Source: Patescibacteria group bacterium (GTDB lineage Bacteria; Patescibacteriota; Microgenomatia; UBA12405). From it: a DNA stretch of 64,000 nt. Numbering within the stretch: position 1 is the stretch's first letter; each line of letters starts with the position of its first letter. Location of the stretch: positions 238,417-302,416 of the forward strand of contig WARW01000022.1 in assembly GCA_013387215.1 (NCBI GenBank). Direction: 5' to 3'. A program made the translations under genes and the position numbers. This document shows, one piece after another, positions 11,534 to 20,629 of this stretch. Under the pieces are notes generated by a model. The model was not told the DNA's origin. It ran no database searches and was given only the letters and a program-made list of their open reading frames with translations.

Positions 11534-11978
11534 ATAGCGGAAAAGTGGCGGGTCCCCCAGAGGGGGGTAATTAATTTATTAAAACAGCACGCAGGTCTAG
11601 AAGTTACAATAGAATGTTACTCCTAAGGTTTATGATCCTTAGTTTCGCGTCAGATGGGTACTCAAGGTTGACACTGTGGTCGCAAAGACTATTCACCGAT
11701 AAGGATACACACTGGTTGACTCTATATTTGTCTTGCATATCGACAATAGGGTCAAGACAGAGACTTTCCGTTCCCACAGACCCGTTGTACACACTCAGTC
11801 CTATTTTCCAACCTCTACTGGACCAATAATTGAATACCCTGCATTCTATTGTTTCCCCCTCGTCATTCTTGTACACCACGGTTGCATCTTTGCCCCCTTC
11901 GATATTAGTGTTCATCAAGTCCATGAGGCTCTCCTTTGCTTGCAACCTGCGTGCTGTTTTTTCCGTATTTTCCGCTAT
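11534..11978. repeat. Nested inverted repeats enclosing ORF (unit A)
   Basis: ATAGCGGAAAA 11534-11544 pairs with 11968-11978. AAAACAGCACGCAGGT 11581-11596 pairs with 11945-11960. Both are perfect. Confidence 0.9.
11604..11924 (-). CDS. Hypothetical protein (unit A cargo)
   Basis: ORF with AAAGGAGAG SD upstream of ATG 11924. Confidence 0.6.
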   Translation of the reverse strand: MDLMNTNIEGGKDATVVYKNDEGETIECRVFNYWSSRGWKIGLSVYNGSVGTESLCLDPIVDMQDKYRVNQCVSLSVNSLCDHSVNLEYPSDAKLRIINLRSNILL

Positions 11979-11989
11979 TTAAAAGAACT
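11979..11989 (-). promoter_or_regulatory. boxA-like motif AGTTCTTTTAA
   Basis: Directly precedes the 5' arm. TATAAT lies further upstream near 12027-12032. Confidence 0.6.
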
Positions 11990-12118
11990 GTTTGCATATT
12001 CTAGGAATTAAAGGGCAGCTAAAGCCATTATAGAATAATGCAACTATCATTTTATGAATAATTTTTATGATGTATATTACAAACATGTAAGAATACGGTA
12101 AGATAGGGATTTAGTATC

Positions 12119-12806
12119 AACATAGCGAAAAGAGGGTCCCCAGAAGGGGTGTAATTTAACCTTAAGCACGGCACGCAGACAAAAAATCAGTTAAGTCTTT
12201 CAACCAGACAACTTCCTTCCTGAGGATAAGTAAACAAAACAGTCTTATCCTCCATGGATAAGGTGATAACATAGAAATCCACCTTGAAGTCGGATGACGG
12301 GTTGACAACTTTTTTTTGGGTCACAGTTGATTCATCAACAGCATCATAAGAGATAAGCCAGTCGTTTCCAACTGAAGTCTCAGGGAAATTGGCCAGGCCA
12401 ATCATATACTTTCCATTTTTGTCTGATTCGACTTTAGCTTTATAGCCGGGAGGCACTTTGCAAGTACCATTGGTTACAGGGGCTGGCTTAGTGACGATTC
12501 TAGTTGCTTGGATGTAATGCTGCTGAGTTGGAACCGAGGTTGGATTGGATTCATAAACCATGGCTGAAGCGGTGCGGGCTGTTTTAGGGCTTGGGTTCAT
12601 GAGCAGTAAAAATGCTGCAACAACTGCCGTGATAAATACGAAGATGGGAACCAGAAACTTAGCTTTCATTAGTCCAGAATCCTTTCTATTTATGGGTTAG
12701 ATTACTTGAATAGTCTGCGTGCCGTGCCGGAAGAGAAAACAAAAGATAAGGATTTATCCTCTATTTTCTCTTTCGGAAGGCCGCAAACTGGTCTTTTCGC
12801 TATGTT
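12119..12806. repeat. Nested inverted repeats enclosing ORF (unit B)
   Basis: AACATAGCGAAAAGA 12119-12133 pairs with 12792-12806. GCACGGCACGCAGAC 12166-12180 pairs with 12713-12727. Both are perfect 15 bp. Confidence 0.9.
12187..12669 (-). CDS. Hypothetical secreted/membrane-anchored protein (unit B cargo)
   Basis: N-terminal hydrophobic helix, AGAAAGGA SD. Confidence 0.7.
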   Translation of the reverse strand: MKAKFLVPIFVFITAVVAAFLLLMNPSPKTARTASAMVYESNPTSVPTQQHYIQATRIVTKPAPVTNGTCKVPPGYKAKVESDKNGKYMIGLANFPETSVGNDWLISYDAVDESTVTQKKVVNPSSDFKVDFYVITLSMEDKTVLFTYPQEGSCLVERLN

Positions 12807-12813
12807 AAAGAAC
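12804..12813 (-). promoter_or_regulatory. boxA-like motif GTTCTTTAAC preceded by hairpin
   Basis: Matches rrn boxA. Upstream hairpin ATTTAGG-ATTTTATGC-CCTAAAT. Confidence 0.65.
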
Positions 12814-13124
12814 GGATAATAAGCATGATTTAGGGCATAAAATCCTAAATTGGCTTATATGATATATTGTAACATATATTACAGGATAGTCAATATATAA
12901 ACAGTTGGTTTAAATTCAAAATAATAGCGGAAAGAATGGACTATTTTAGTATATTTGCTGGCGAACGGAAGTCACATTTTTCCGCCATTTATATTGTTTT
13001 TAGCCTTAAATCCATTTGGTGGCCGCTTGTGACCAGAATGAAGAGGTATCAAACAATTCAGTCTAGAAAGAAAAATATAGGGTTAGATTAAGATTGAGCA
13101 ATAATTCAGTAAGATTAAGTTATC

Positions 13125-14006
13125 TTAGATACTTAAAGAAGATGCAAATGAAAGGCTTGTGTGATCGTTAGGTTTTAGTTGCCTAATAAATATTTTCTCT
13201 GATTTTAAGTTTTTCTTTACTGTTGAATTAGTTACTGTTCCGAATTTTATATGATAATTAATTTTATTGATTTCACAAAATTTGGAAACTATTTCAGCAC
13301 ATTCATTATAAAAATTCTTGTAATCCCTATACTCCGCGACAGCTGAGTTATAATTTAACCTTCCAAAAACAATTTTATCTACAAAGGAAACTTTTTCTAA
13401 TATTTCTAATAAATTTTGTTTAACTAAATTTGGTGTTGGATATGGTTCCATACTTACCCAAGTCTTTAATCCTGACTCATGAAGTCTTTTTAAAGTTTTT
13501 ATTCTTTTTAGAAATGGTGATGCTTTCGGTTCAAATATGGATCTAAATTTTTCATTCAAAGAAACTATTGTGATTCCGTATTCATTTTTATTACTATATT
13601 TTTTTGTATCTATTAAATCTTTTGGATAAACACCTTTTGTTAAAACAGTACATCGGATTTTATCTTTGTTCAGTCTTGCAATTACTTTTAACGTCATTTC
13701 TTCAACCTCTGGCTGTTCATACATAAACGGATCAGTACTAAAACAAAGGTGTACAAATTTAATCTTATCTTTAAGTTTTGGTATTTCTTTATCTAATAAC
13801 TCAATTGCATTTGCAACAATTTTTGGTTTAATCCAATCTTGATAATTTTTAATTACACCACATCTCTTCTTCATCATCATTGCATAGCAAGGATACATAC
13901 ACCCATGAGAACATCCTTCAACATGATTCAAGCAATAATCTGCATATTCGACTCCACTTTTATAAAGTAAAGATTTTCTGTAAATCTTCTGCAATTTCTG
14001 TTTCAC
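13125..14006 (-). CDS. Radical SAM protein, SplB/DUF5131-like
   Basis: GCSHGCMYPCYA three-Cys motif, FSTDPF, WVSMEP. Confidence 0.8.
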   Translation of the reverse strand: MKQKLQKIYRKSLLYKSGVEYADYCLNHVEGCSHGCMYPCYAMMMKKRCGVIKNYQDWIKPKIVANAIELLDKEIPKLKDKIKFVHLCFSTDPFMYEQPEVEEMTLKVIARLNKDKIRCTVLTKGVYPKDLIDTKKYSNKNEYGITIVSLNEKFRSIFEPKASPFLKRIKTLKRLHESGLKTWVSMEPYPTPNLVKQNLLEILEKVSFVDKIVFGRLNYNSAVAEYRDYKNFYNECAEIVSKFCEINKINYHIKFGTVTNSTVKKNLKSEKIFIRQLKPNDHTSLSFASSLSI

Positions 14007-14085
14007 TAGATTAGTTTAGACAATTTTAATTAAAAGGTCAAAGGTGTAATATATAACTCATTAAATAAGTTATTATTATTACGAC

Positions 14086-15222
14086 ATGACTATAAAGAAA
14101 CCTAAAGATTGGCCTAATGTTTCATATAAAACTTGGAGATATGAAAAACAGACAAAAATGAAACACCAAGTTCTAGATAATTATTTTCCGCAATGGTTAC
14201 AAATTCTTAATAAATATAACAAAAAATTAAATTATATTGATGGTTTTGGAGGATTAGGAGCCTATCACACAAAAAATGATATTGAAAATAATGCCTACAA
14301 CTCAAAATCATTTGGTTCTCCGATTTTAGCAATAAAGACTATTAATAGGCTTATAAGTGAAAATAAAGTTACAAAAGTGAATGTTTTAATTATAGATAAG
14401 GATAAAAATAATATTGCCAACATTCAAAAGATTTTATTCGAGGAAAATATTTCTCCTTTAAATTATGTAAATTTTATTAATGGAGATTTTGATGTAAAAA
14501 TTAATGAGTTTTTAGATAAACTGGACAATATTGCTCCCACCTTCTTTCTTATTGATCCATTTGGTTATTCTCAAATTAAGATTAGTACGATTAAAAGAAT
14601 CATGGAGTTGGAAAAATCGGAGATCTTTTTAAATTTTATGTACAATGCAATACAAAGATGGATTAAAAAACCTGCATTAGAGGCAAGATTTAATGAACTA
14701 TTTGGTTGTGAAGATTGGAAACAATATGCAGATGAACCAACAAAAGCTAAAGAAGAAAAACTTGTAGCTTTGTTTAAAAAGGAATGTGAAACATTCGCTG
14801 AATATGTTACTCCATTTAGGTTGAGAAACCCAAAAAGCGATAGGCCTTATTATTATCTTTTTCATTTATGCAATGATGATACTGGTTGTGTAAAAATGCG
14901 AGCTAGTTTTGCTCGTTTTAACAAAGGGTTTACAGATTATTGCGGATCCGACCAACAAATGTGTTTATTTGATAAAAACTCAACAAAAAAACAAGTCTGT
15001 GTAGAAAAAATTATTAAATATTTTTCCGGACAAAATATAAGTTATAAAGAATTTCGAAAACAAATGTTAAAGCTGTCTGATTATCATACAGAAAGGGATA
15101 TTATTAGGACTTTACAACATTTAGAAAAAAGAAAATCTATTACAATAGCTCCTTCAGATGGAAGAAAAAGAAAAACTGGAATATTAAAAACTGATATTAT
15201 TAAAATTCCACATTTATCTTAA
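14086..15222 (+). CDS. tcmP: Three-Cys-motif partner protein (TcmP family, MTase-like fold plus wHTH)
   Basis: T..KH..L..Y...W, YIDGFGG.G, GSP, FFLIDPFG, SEIFLNFM. Confidence 0.8.
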   Translation: MTIKKPKDWPNVSYKTWRYEKQTKMKHQVLDNYFPQWLQILNKYNKKLNYIDGFGGLGAYHTKNDIENNAYNSKSFGSPILAIKTINRLISENKVTKVNVLIIDKDKNNIANIQKILFEENISPLNYVNFINGDFDVKINEFLDKLDNIAPTFFLIDPFGYSQIKISTIKRIMELEKSEIFLNFMYNAIQRWIKKPALEARFNELFGCEDWKQYADEPTKAKEEKLVALFKKECETFAEYVTPFRLRNPKSDRPYYYLFHLCNDDTGCVKMRASFARFNKGFTDYCGSDQQMCLFDKNSTKKQVCVEKIIKYFSGQNISYKEFRKQMLKLSDYHTERDIIRTLQHLEKRKSITIAPSDGRKRKTGILKTDIIKIPHLS

Positions 15223-16176
15223 ATATTTTTGGATGTTTTGATTGTGCTCGGCGAGGGTTTTGGCATAATGCATGGTACCGTCGGTGCCAGTGAGATAGAA
15301 AATGTAGTCAGATTTGATTGGATGATAGGCAGCATAGAAGGAGTTATAGCCAGGGTTGCAAATTGGTTTAGGCGGGATACCAGTATTTTTATAGGTGTTG
15401 TAGGGAGAAACTATATCAAGATCGTTTGAAGTTACCTGCTGCCAATAAGTGTTTGGTTTGGTTTTGGAATCACGAGCATATTGAACGGTGGCATCTAGCT
15501 GAAGCGGCATGTTTTTGGAAAGTCGATTTAAAAGAATTCCAGCAATCATTTGTTTAGACTGTAAAGTCTTCCCTTCTCTTTCCAAAAGAGAGGCAAAAAT
15601 AACAATCTGGCGATCATTCAGCTGAGTGTTGGTGGCTTCGCTTTTAGCTTGAGAAATTTTATTGGCAAAATTTTTATTGATGACATCTAAAATTTGACTA
15701 ACATCAAAATATTGAGGCACTAAATAACTGTCAGGATAAAGATAACCTTCAAGAGATTGCGCTTGTTTTGCAAAATCTTTGTAGGTGAAATTGATATCGT
15801 CCGGGAAAAGGTCAGCGAACTCTTCAAGACGGGTGCCGTCTTTGATTTTAAGCCAATAATCGTGACTGCCTCCTTTTATGAGTTTGGCAATGATATCCGG
15901 GGTACTCATAGAAGGAGAGAGGCGATAATTTCCTGACTTTAATTTTTTATTGTCACCTGTATAAAAGGTATAAGCAATAAAAGAATATTTATCACGAATT
16001 AAATTATTTTTTACTAGATTGTCGGTAATGGTTTCAATTTTGTCACCATCTTTTACGACAAATATTTTTGCCTTAGATTCGGTTGATAATGGTTTTAGAT
16101 TTGAGTAAACATACACAAATCCACCAAAAGCTGCCAATACTACTATCAACAAAAATGCTAGTAAAACTTTTTTCAT
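15214..16176 (-). CDS. mltG: Endolytic transglycosylase MltG
   Basis: LEGYLYPDSY, ASLLERE, LQLDAT, SPYNTY..G.PP.PI.NPG. Start chosen at MKKVLL. Confidence 0.92.
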   Translation of the reverse strand: MKKVLLAFLLIVVLAAFGGFVYVYSNLKPLSTESKAKIFVVKDGDKIETITDNLVKNNLIRDKYSFIAYTFYTGDNKKLKSGNYRLSPSMSTPDIIAKLIKGGSHDYWLKIKDGTRLEEFADLFPDDINFTYKDFAKQAQSLEGYLYPDSYLVPQYFDVSQILDVINKNFANKISQAKSEATNTQLNDRQIVIFASLLEREGKTLQSKQMIAGILLNRLSKNMPLQLDATVQYARDSKTKPNTYWQQVTSNDLDIVSPYNTYKNTGIPPKPICNPGYNSFYAAYHPIKSDYIFYLTGTDGTMHYAKTLAEHNQNIQKYLR

Positions 16177-16180
16177 CGGT

Positions 16181-16378
16181 TTAAATTTCGTTAAATAAAG
16201 CGCGACGATAAGATTTTTTGGATGGATCGTAAATAAAGATTCGACCACAACGACAAGTGACAGTCGTTTGACCTTTGACTTCTTTGTGGGCACCTCTGGA
16301 TAAAGGAGCATTACAACCAACACAACGACCTTGGGAAAGCAGCCAAGCTTGGATAGGGGCAATTAAGTTTTTGAACAT
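16181..16378 (-). CDS. Small zinc-ribbon-like protein
   Basis: CVGC...CRC in a 65 aa ORF filling the gap between ruvX and mltG. Confidence 0.65.
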   Translation of the reverse strand: MFKNLIAPIQAWLLSQGRCVGCNAPLSRGAHKEVKGQTTVTCRCGRIFIYDPSKKSYRRALFNEI

Positions 16379-16400
16379 GTTTTTTTATTTAATTAATAAT

Positions 16401-16772
16401 TTAACCTATCGCTCTTCTTAAAATTACGGCTGCGGCAACTGAGTCGATCGAAGTTTTATAGTCTTTTTTCTTTTTCTTATTCTTTTTATAAATTTCGTCG
16501 GCCTCTATTGTCGATACAGCTTCCTCGATGGTTTCTACAGATAATTGTAGCATGGTAGAAAGTTTTTCAGCAAACAGTTTTGAGGCTGTTGCCACCTCTC
16601 CTTCCGAGACTCCGACATAGACACCTTTAACGTCATATTCGGCAATAATTCTTTTAAGAACCTCAAAAACCTGCTCATTATTTTTGATGGCGGGAATGGG
16701 TGTAATTATACCGATTATAGACACGGCAAGGCCAATTCTTTTTAAACCGTAATCAATTGCTAAAAAATTCAT
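16401..16772 (-). CDS. ruvX: YqgF/RuvX family nuclease
   Basis: LAIDYGLKRIGLA, DSVAAAVIL. Confidence 0.9.
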   Translation of the reverse strand: MNFLAIDYGLKRIGLAVSIIGIITPIPAIKNNEQVFEVLKRIIAEYDVKGVYVGVSEGEVATASKLFAEKLSTMLQLSVETIEEAVSTIEADEIYKKNKKKKKDYKTSIDSVAAAVILRRAIG

Positions 16773-16789
16773 AGTCTATTTTACCAAAA

Positions 16790-17521
16790 CTAATTATCCA
16801 CAATTCTGGCTTTTACCACTAAGCGTCTGAGAATCGTTCCCGGAGGACTGCAAGTAATTATGGTTAAATATTTAGCGTCAAAACGCTGCTCCAAAACCGA
16901 AAGGTCGTTGGCCGAGACTTCAAACATTTCATCAACTTTATATTTGTAATCAACATTGTCGAAATCAACATCAATTTCATCACCAGGTTTCAAGCGATAA
17001 AGGGTGGCAAAAATAGTTAAATATGATTTAGGATTGAAAAATTGAGGCAGGACTGAATGACCAAAAATAACTGGACTGCCAAATTGACCCGGAAGGGCAG
17101 TTTGAGGATATTGAATTAAACTTTTTTTCAAATCCATACTGCCAACTTTAACTACAGCATCCTTAATTTTTAAGGTTGGAATAGAAATTGTATAAGAAGT
17201 GTTTGAACCATCAGTTAAAAACTTAGATCCAGAAGTTTGGGTGCCTGAAGAATTATCCACAAACCAATTGGAAAGCTGAGTATAATCGGTGCTCATGGAA
17301 CCTAGAATACTGCCTGTTCTTTCGTAATATTTTGTAGATAAAGGGTTTATTATCTGTTTAAATTTTAATGAATATTCAATTTGATATTTAACAATAGGAA
17401 AGACAGCTGATAATAAGAAAAATAGACCAAAAGAAAAGAATACCGAAGCTAGGATACGTTTTTTAAACGGATCAAGACGAAATTGTTTAGCTGGAGGTTT
17501 TTTGAAATAAATATAGCTCAC
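16790..17521 (-). CDS. Sortase
   Basis: N-terminal TM, IFGHS, ITCSPPG...R catalytic residues. Confidence 0.88.
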   Translation of the reverse strand: MSYIYFKKPPAKQFRLDPFKKRILASVFFSFGLFFLLSAVFPIVKYQIEYSLKFKQIINPLSTKYYERTGSILGSMSTDYTQLSNWFVDNSSGTQTSGSKFLTDGSNTSYTISIPTLKIKDAVVKVGSMDLKKSLIQYPQTALPGQFGSPVIFGHSVLPQFFNPKSYLTIFATLYRLKPGDEIDVDFDNVDYKYKVDEMFEVSANDLSVLEQRFDAKYLTIITCSPPGTILRRLVVKARIVDN

Positions 17522-19755
17522 AGAGATTCGGTTTGAACTTTAATGGTAATATTTTGGGAACGGAAAGGCATGAACATGAAACTGAAGTTAGTTTTAATGT
17601 TGAAGTTGTAGGCTCTCAAAACCTCTTTTTTGATTAAAGTGCCAGCAGTAGATTTAGTTTTAGCGACTAAATCTTTTTTAAGTTTGGCAATATCAATTTT
17701 TGGCAAAGCTTTACCGGTGATTGTCATAATTCCTTTGGCAGAGTTGGTGTCGATTTTAGTGAATTTAAAACTAAGATTAAAAGTTGAAGGATCAATTTGA
17801 ATTTGGGCAAAGTCAGGCTCTTTTGACAAGAAACTATTTATAATCTGTTCTTTTATGGCTGGGTCAAGAGTAAAAACGACAACTGAAGCATCAGCAGTAG
17901 CACTGAGCTCATCAGCCTCTTCTCCCACCTCACGGCTGAAATCAACCTTATTTTTCTTGCTTTGAATTGTTTCTTTGATGATTCCTGGAATATTGGATAG
18001 TTCGGTGTTGATTTTGGCATTAATTGATTCTGTGATTGATTGGTCGACTTTTTGACTTAGATCTTTTTGGTCTTGATCACTGACAGCATTAATTTGTTTT
18101 TTGGAACCACCAGTAAAAGTGTCGCTAACTTTAGCAATAAGAGAATTTTCCGAAAAATCTTTGAATTGAAGTTTAGTGTCTTTAGTAGTGTTATATTCAG
18201 GGCCAATATCAGAAGCAACAGCCAAAGCAGTGGTTTGGCCAGGCTTTAAAATTCCAGCATTAATATCAAAAGAGCTGGTGGCCACAGAAACAGAATCGGC
18301 AAGTTCATATTTTTTTCCTGATGGATCGGTTAAAACACTGCCTCTGGGCAAACTTTGGGCTTTGCCAAGAATATTAAAAATCAAGATACTACCTTTGGCC
18401 TTATCACCAACAGTTTTTTGACCAGTAGTTCTTTGGGTGGTGCTGGTGTTAACTGAAAATTCTTTTTTGGCAACAGGAATGACCCCTGTAGAAGTGTTGA
18501 TTGCCTGAGAACCGGTGTCAAGGGTAATTGGAATTTGTTTATCAAAAGAATATGGAGTGACAAAAAGAGTAATGTTGGCGTTTGACAACAATAATGGAAT
18601 CAAAAGCAAAAGCGGAGCTAAAGCAAAAATAAAAAGAAAATAATAATTATTTTTAAATGAAATTTTAGGACGATGGAATTTTCTTGGAAAATCAAAAGGA
18701 ATTTTTAGTTTTGGCGCTTTAAAACTGAATTTAGGAACAGAGGAAACATCGTTAGCAATAGGCTCGCTGACTTCATTTCTCTGGCTAAATAAGGGAAAAT
18801 CTTTAGCATCAATTACAGGCAGTTTTTCAGAATAATCTTTGGGGACAGAAAAGCCAAGATCATCCGGCGGGACTTCGGCTAAATCTAAAGTTTTCTCATC
18901 TTCGAAATCTTCATCACGGGAAAGTGACTCGGGCTGAGAAATAAGTTCTTCTTCAACTTCTTCCGAAACCTCTGGCTCTTCTTCAAGCAAAATCTCTGGT
19001 TCATCGACTGGAATTGAAGCAGTGACTGCCTGAGGATTCATTTGAGAAATTATAATTTTGGAAAAAATATCAACCAGTTCTTCTGGAAGATAATATTTAA
19101 CATCAGGAAAATGCAGGAATGTTTCAATATCTTTTTTCCCTACCCAAGCATAATTTTTTAGACTAATTAAAATGTCATGGTGGACTTGACCAAATACAAT
19201 TATTTGCGGAGGCAATGCCGATTCTGATTTTAGCTCTAACAAAGATGATTCAACATATTGAGGTTTAAATTCACCTTCGAATCGCTTTTTAATCCGTTCT
19301 TTAATATGGCCTAAATATGCCAAAGACAAGGTAAAATCGCTAGGACTTATATGGAGCAAAATAAAACTAGCCGGGAAACCATCATTTTGATTAAATTCCT
19401 CAACAACCGCTTCATCATTGGCAATAAATCCAATCGGTTTAAGATTTAAATTTTTACAAAGATTTTCAATTAGTTTTAATTTATGGGGAACAATTTTTCC
19501 TTCTGAACTAATCCAAAATGGAGGCAGAACAAATGCGGTTTGTACCGGCTCTTGTTCTTCCGGCAAATTGGCGGTGTTACCAGCAATAGATAAGGATTCA
19601 TCAACAGCTATATCGAGAGATTCATTTTCCGTTTCTGACCAATTCTTTTGCGACCCAACTGCAGCTACCCGGAATTGACCACTGATAGACGACAAAAGAG
19701 AGACGCTAGCATACGATTCTTCAATTGATATTAACCAAAAGCTACTTAACTCCAT
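17518..19755 (-). CDS. Membrane protein with baseplate J-like C-terminal region
   Basis: TM followed by TTG.KTVGDKAKG.I.IFN and A.DIGPEYN...F.GG patterns, as in CPR baseplate-J-like proteins. Confidence 0.6.
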   Translation of the reverse strand: MELSSFWLISIEESYASVSLLSSISGQFRVAAVGSQKNWSETENESLDIAVDESLSIAGNTANLPEEQEPVQTAFVLPPFWISSEGKIVPHKLKLIENLCKNLNLKPIGFIANDEAVVEEFNQNDGFPASFILLHISPSDFTLSLAYLGHIKERIKKRFEGEFKPQYVESSLLELKSESALPPQIIVFGQVHHDILISLKNYAWVGKKDIETFLHFPDVKYYLPEELVDIFSKIIISQMNPQAVTASIPVDEPEILLEEEPEVSEEVEEELISQPESLSRDEDFEDEKTLDLAEVPPDDLGFSVPKDYSEKLPVIDAKDFPLFSQRNEVSEPIANDVSSVPKFSFKAPKLKIPFDFPRKFHRPKISFKNNYYFLFIFALAPLLLLIPLLLSNANITLFVTPYSFDKQIPITLDTGSQAINTSTGVIPVAKKEFSVNTSTTQRTTGQKTVGDKAKGSILIFNILGKAQSLPRGSVLTDPSGKKYELADSVSVATSSFDINAGILKPGQTTALAVASDIGPEYNTTKDTKLQFKDFSENSLIAKVSDTFTGGSKKQINAVSDQDQKDLSQKVDQSITESINAKINTELSNIPGIIKETIQSKKNKVDFSREVGEEADELSATADASVVVFTLDPAIKEQIINSFLSKEPDFAQIQIDPSTFNLSFKFTKIDTNSAKGIMTITGKALPKIDIAKLKKDLVAKTKSTAGTLIKKEVLRAYNFNIKTNFSFMFMPFRSQNITIKVQTESL

Positions 19756-19809
19756 GTATTATAAGGATACTATATTTTGAAGCTAAAAAAATTATTTAAT
19801 TAGCATTTG

Positions 19810-20580
19810 CTAATAAAGTTTTTCGTTATATACATCTAAAACTAGATGACCTTCACGGCCTTCATTTGGTTTACCTCGATATATAGTGACTCCAGCATTT
19901 ATAGGTTTCTCTTCTTCATCTAAGCGCTGGAACTCATATTCGTCTAGTCTTTCTAAATTTGCTCGGACAGAAAGAATAGTGAGATGGTGTGTTACTGCTA
20001 AAACTTCTTTTTCATTATAATCGCGAGTAACAGTATTCATCCAAGAATGAGTTCTTTGCCTAACATCAGGAATATTCTCTCCTTGAGGATATCTATATCG
20101 ATAAGAACCTTGTAAATTATACAGTTCACGTTGTTCAGGATGTAAAACATGAAAGACCCGCCAATCATTATATAAAAGTGACAATCCATGGTCTTGTTCA
20201 GTTATTCTTTCTTCTTTGAGTGTTTTTACATTTTTAAGTTCTGGCCAAGCTCTGGTCATGATTTCTAATGTAGATTGAGTTCTCTGATAAGGAGAAACAA
20301 AAATAATATCTGGAAGATTAATTCTTTCTCTTAAATTTTTTGCCATTGTTTCAGCTTGAAAACCAGCACCGTTGGCAAGAGGCGTATTGTGATCTGCACA
20401 TTTAAGAGCAAATTGTTCTTTTACTTCTAAAGCAAGATGACGGGCTCGATCAGAATCGGGTTCGGTTTCATAAGCTTGAATAAATTCTTGATAGAGTGAA
20501 CTTCGAGCTTTTTGAGGCTTCAAAACATTATAAGCTGAACTGTCGTGTCGGATTAAAGTTAATGTTTCTGGCCATTTCAT
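19810..20580 (-). CDS. Histidine phosphatase (phosphoglycerate mutase family)
   Basis: LIRH, VSPYQRT, E.DHG, P.GE, VTH. Confidence 0.85.
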   Translation of the reverse strand: MKWPETLTLIRHDSSAYNVLKPQKARSSLYQEFIQAYETEPDSDRARHLALEVKEQFALKCADHNTPLANGAGFQAETMAKNLRERINLPDIIFVSPYQRTQSTLEIMTRAWPELKNVKTLKEERITEQDHGLSLLYNDWRVFHVLHPEQRELYNLQGSYRYRYPQGENIPDVRQRTHSWMNTVTRDYNEKEVLAVTHHLTILSVRANLERLDEYEFQRLDEEEKPINAGVTIYRGKPNEGREGHLVLDVYNEKLY

Positions 20581-20629
20581 GGCGAAAGTATCTCATTCAA
20601 ATATATTGTCGTCAACAATAAGTTGGTGT

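Noticed and set aside
11534-12860. IS element or transposon with terminal inverted repeats
   Set aside because: No transposase-like ORF and no clear target duplication. The arms lie inside the transcript, downstream of the promoter.
16177-16362. N-terminal extension of the 382 aa mltG ORF
   Set aside because: Overlaps the zinc-ribbon gene. MKKVLL at 16176 gives the expected TM start.
17518-19755. Prophage suggested by the baseplate-J-like protein
   Set aside because: Isolated gene in a housekeeping context with no other phage genes nearby.
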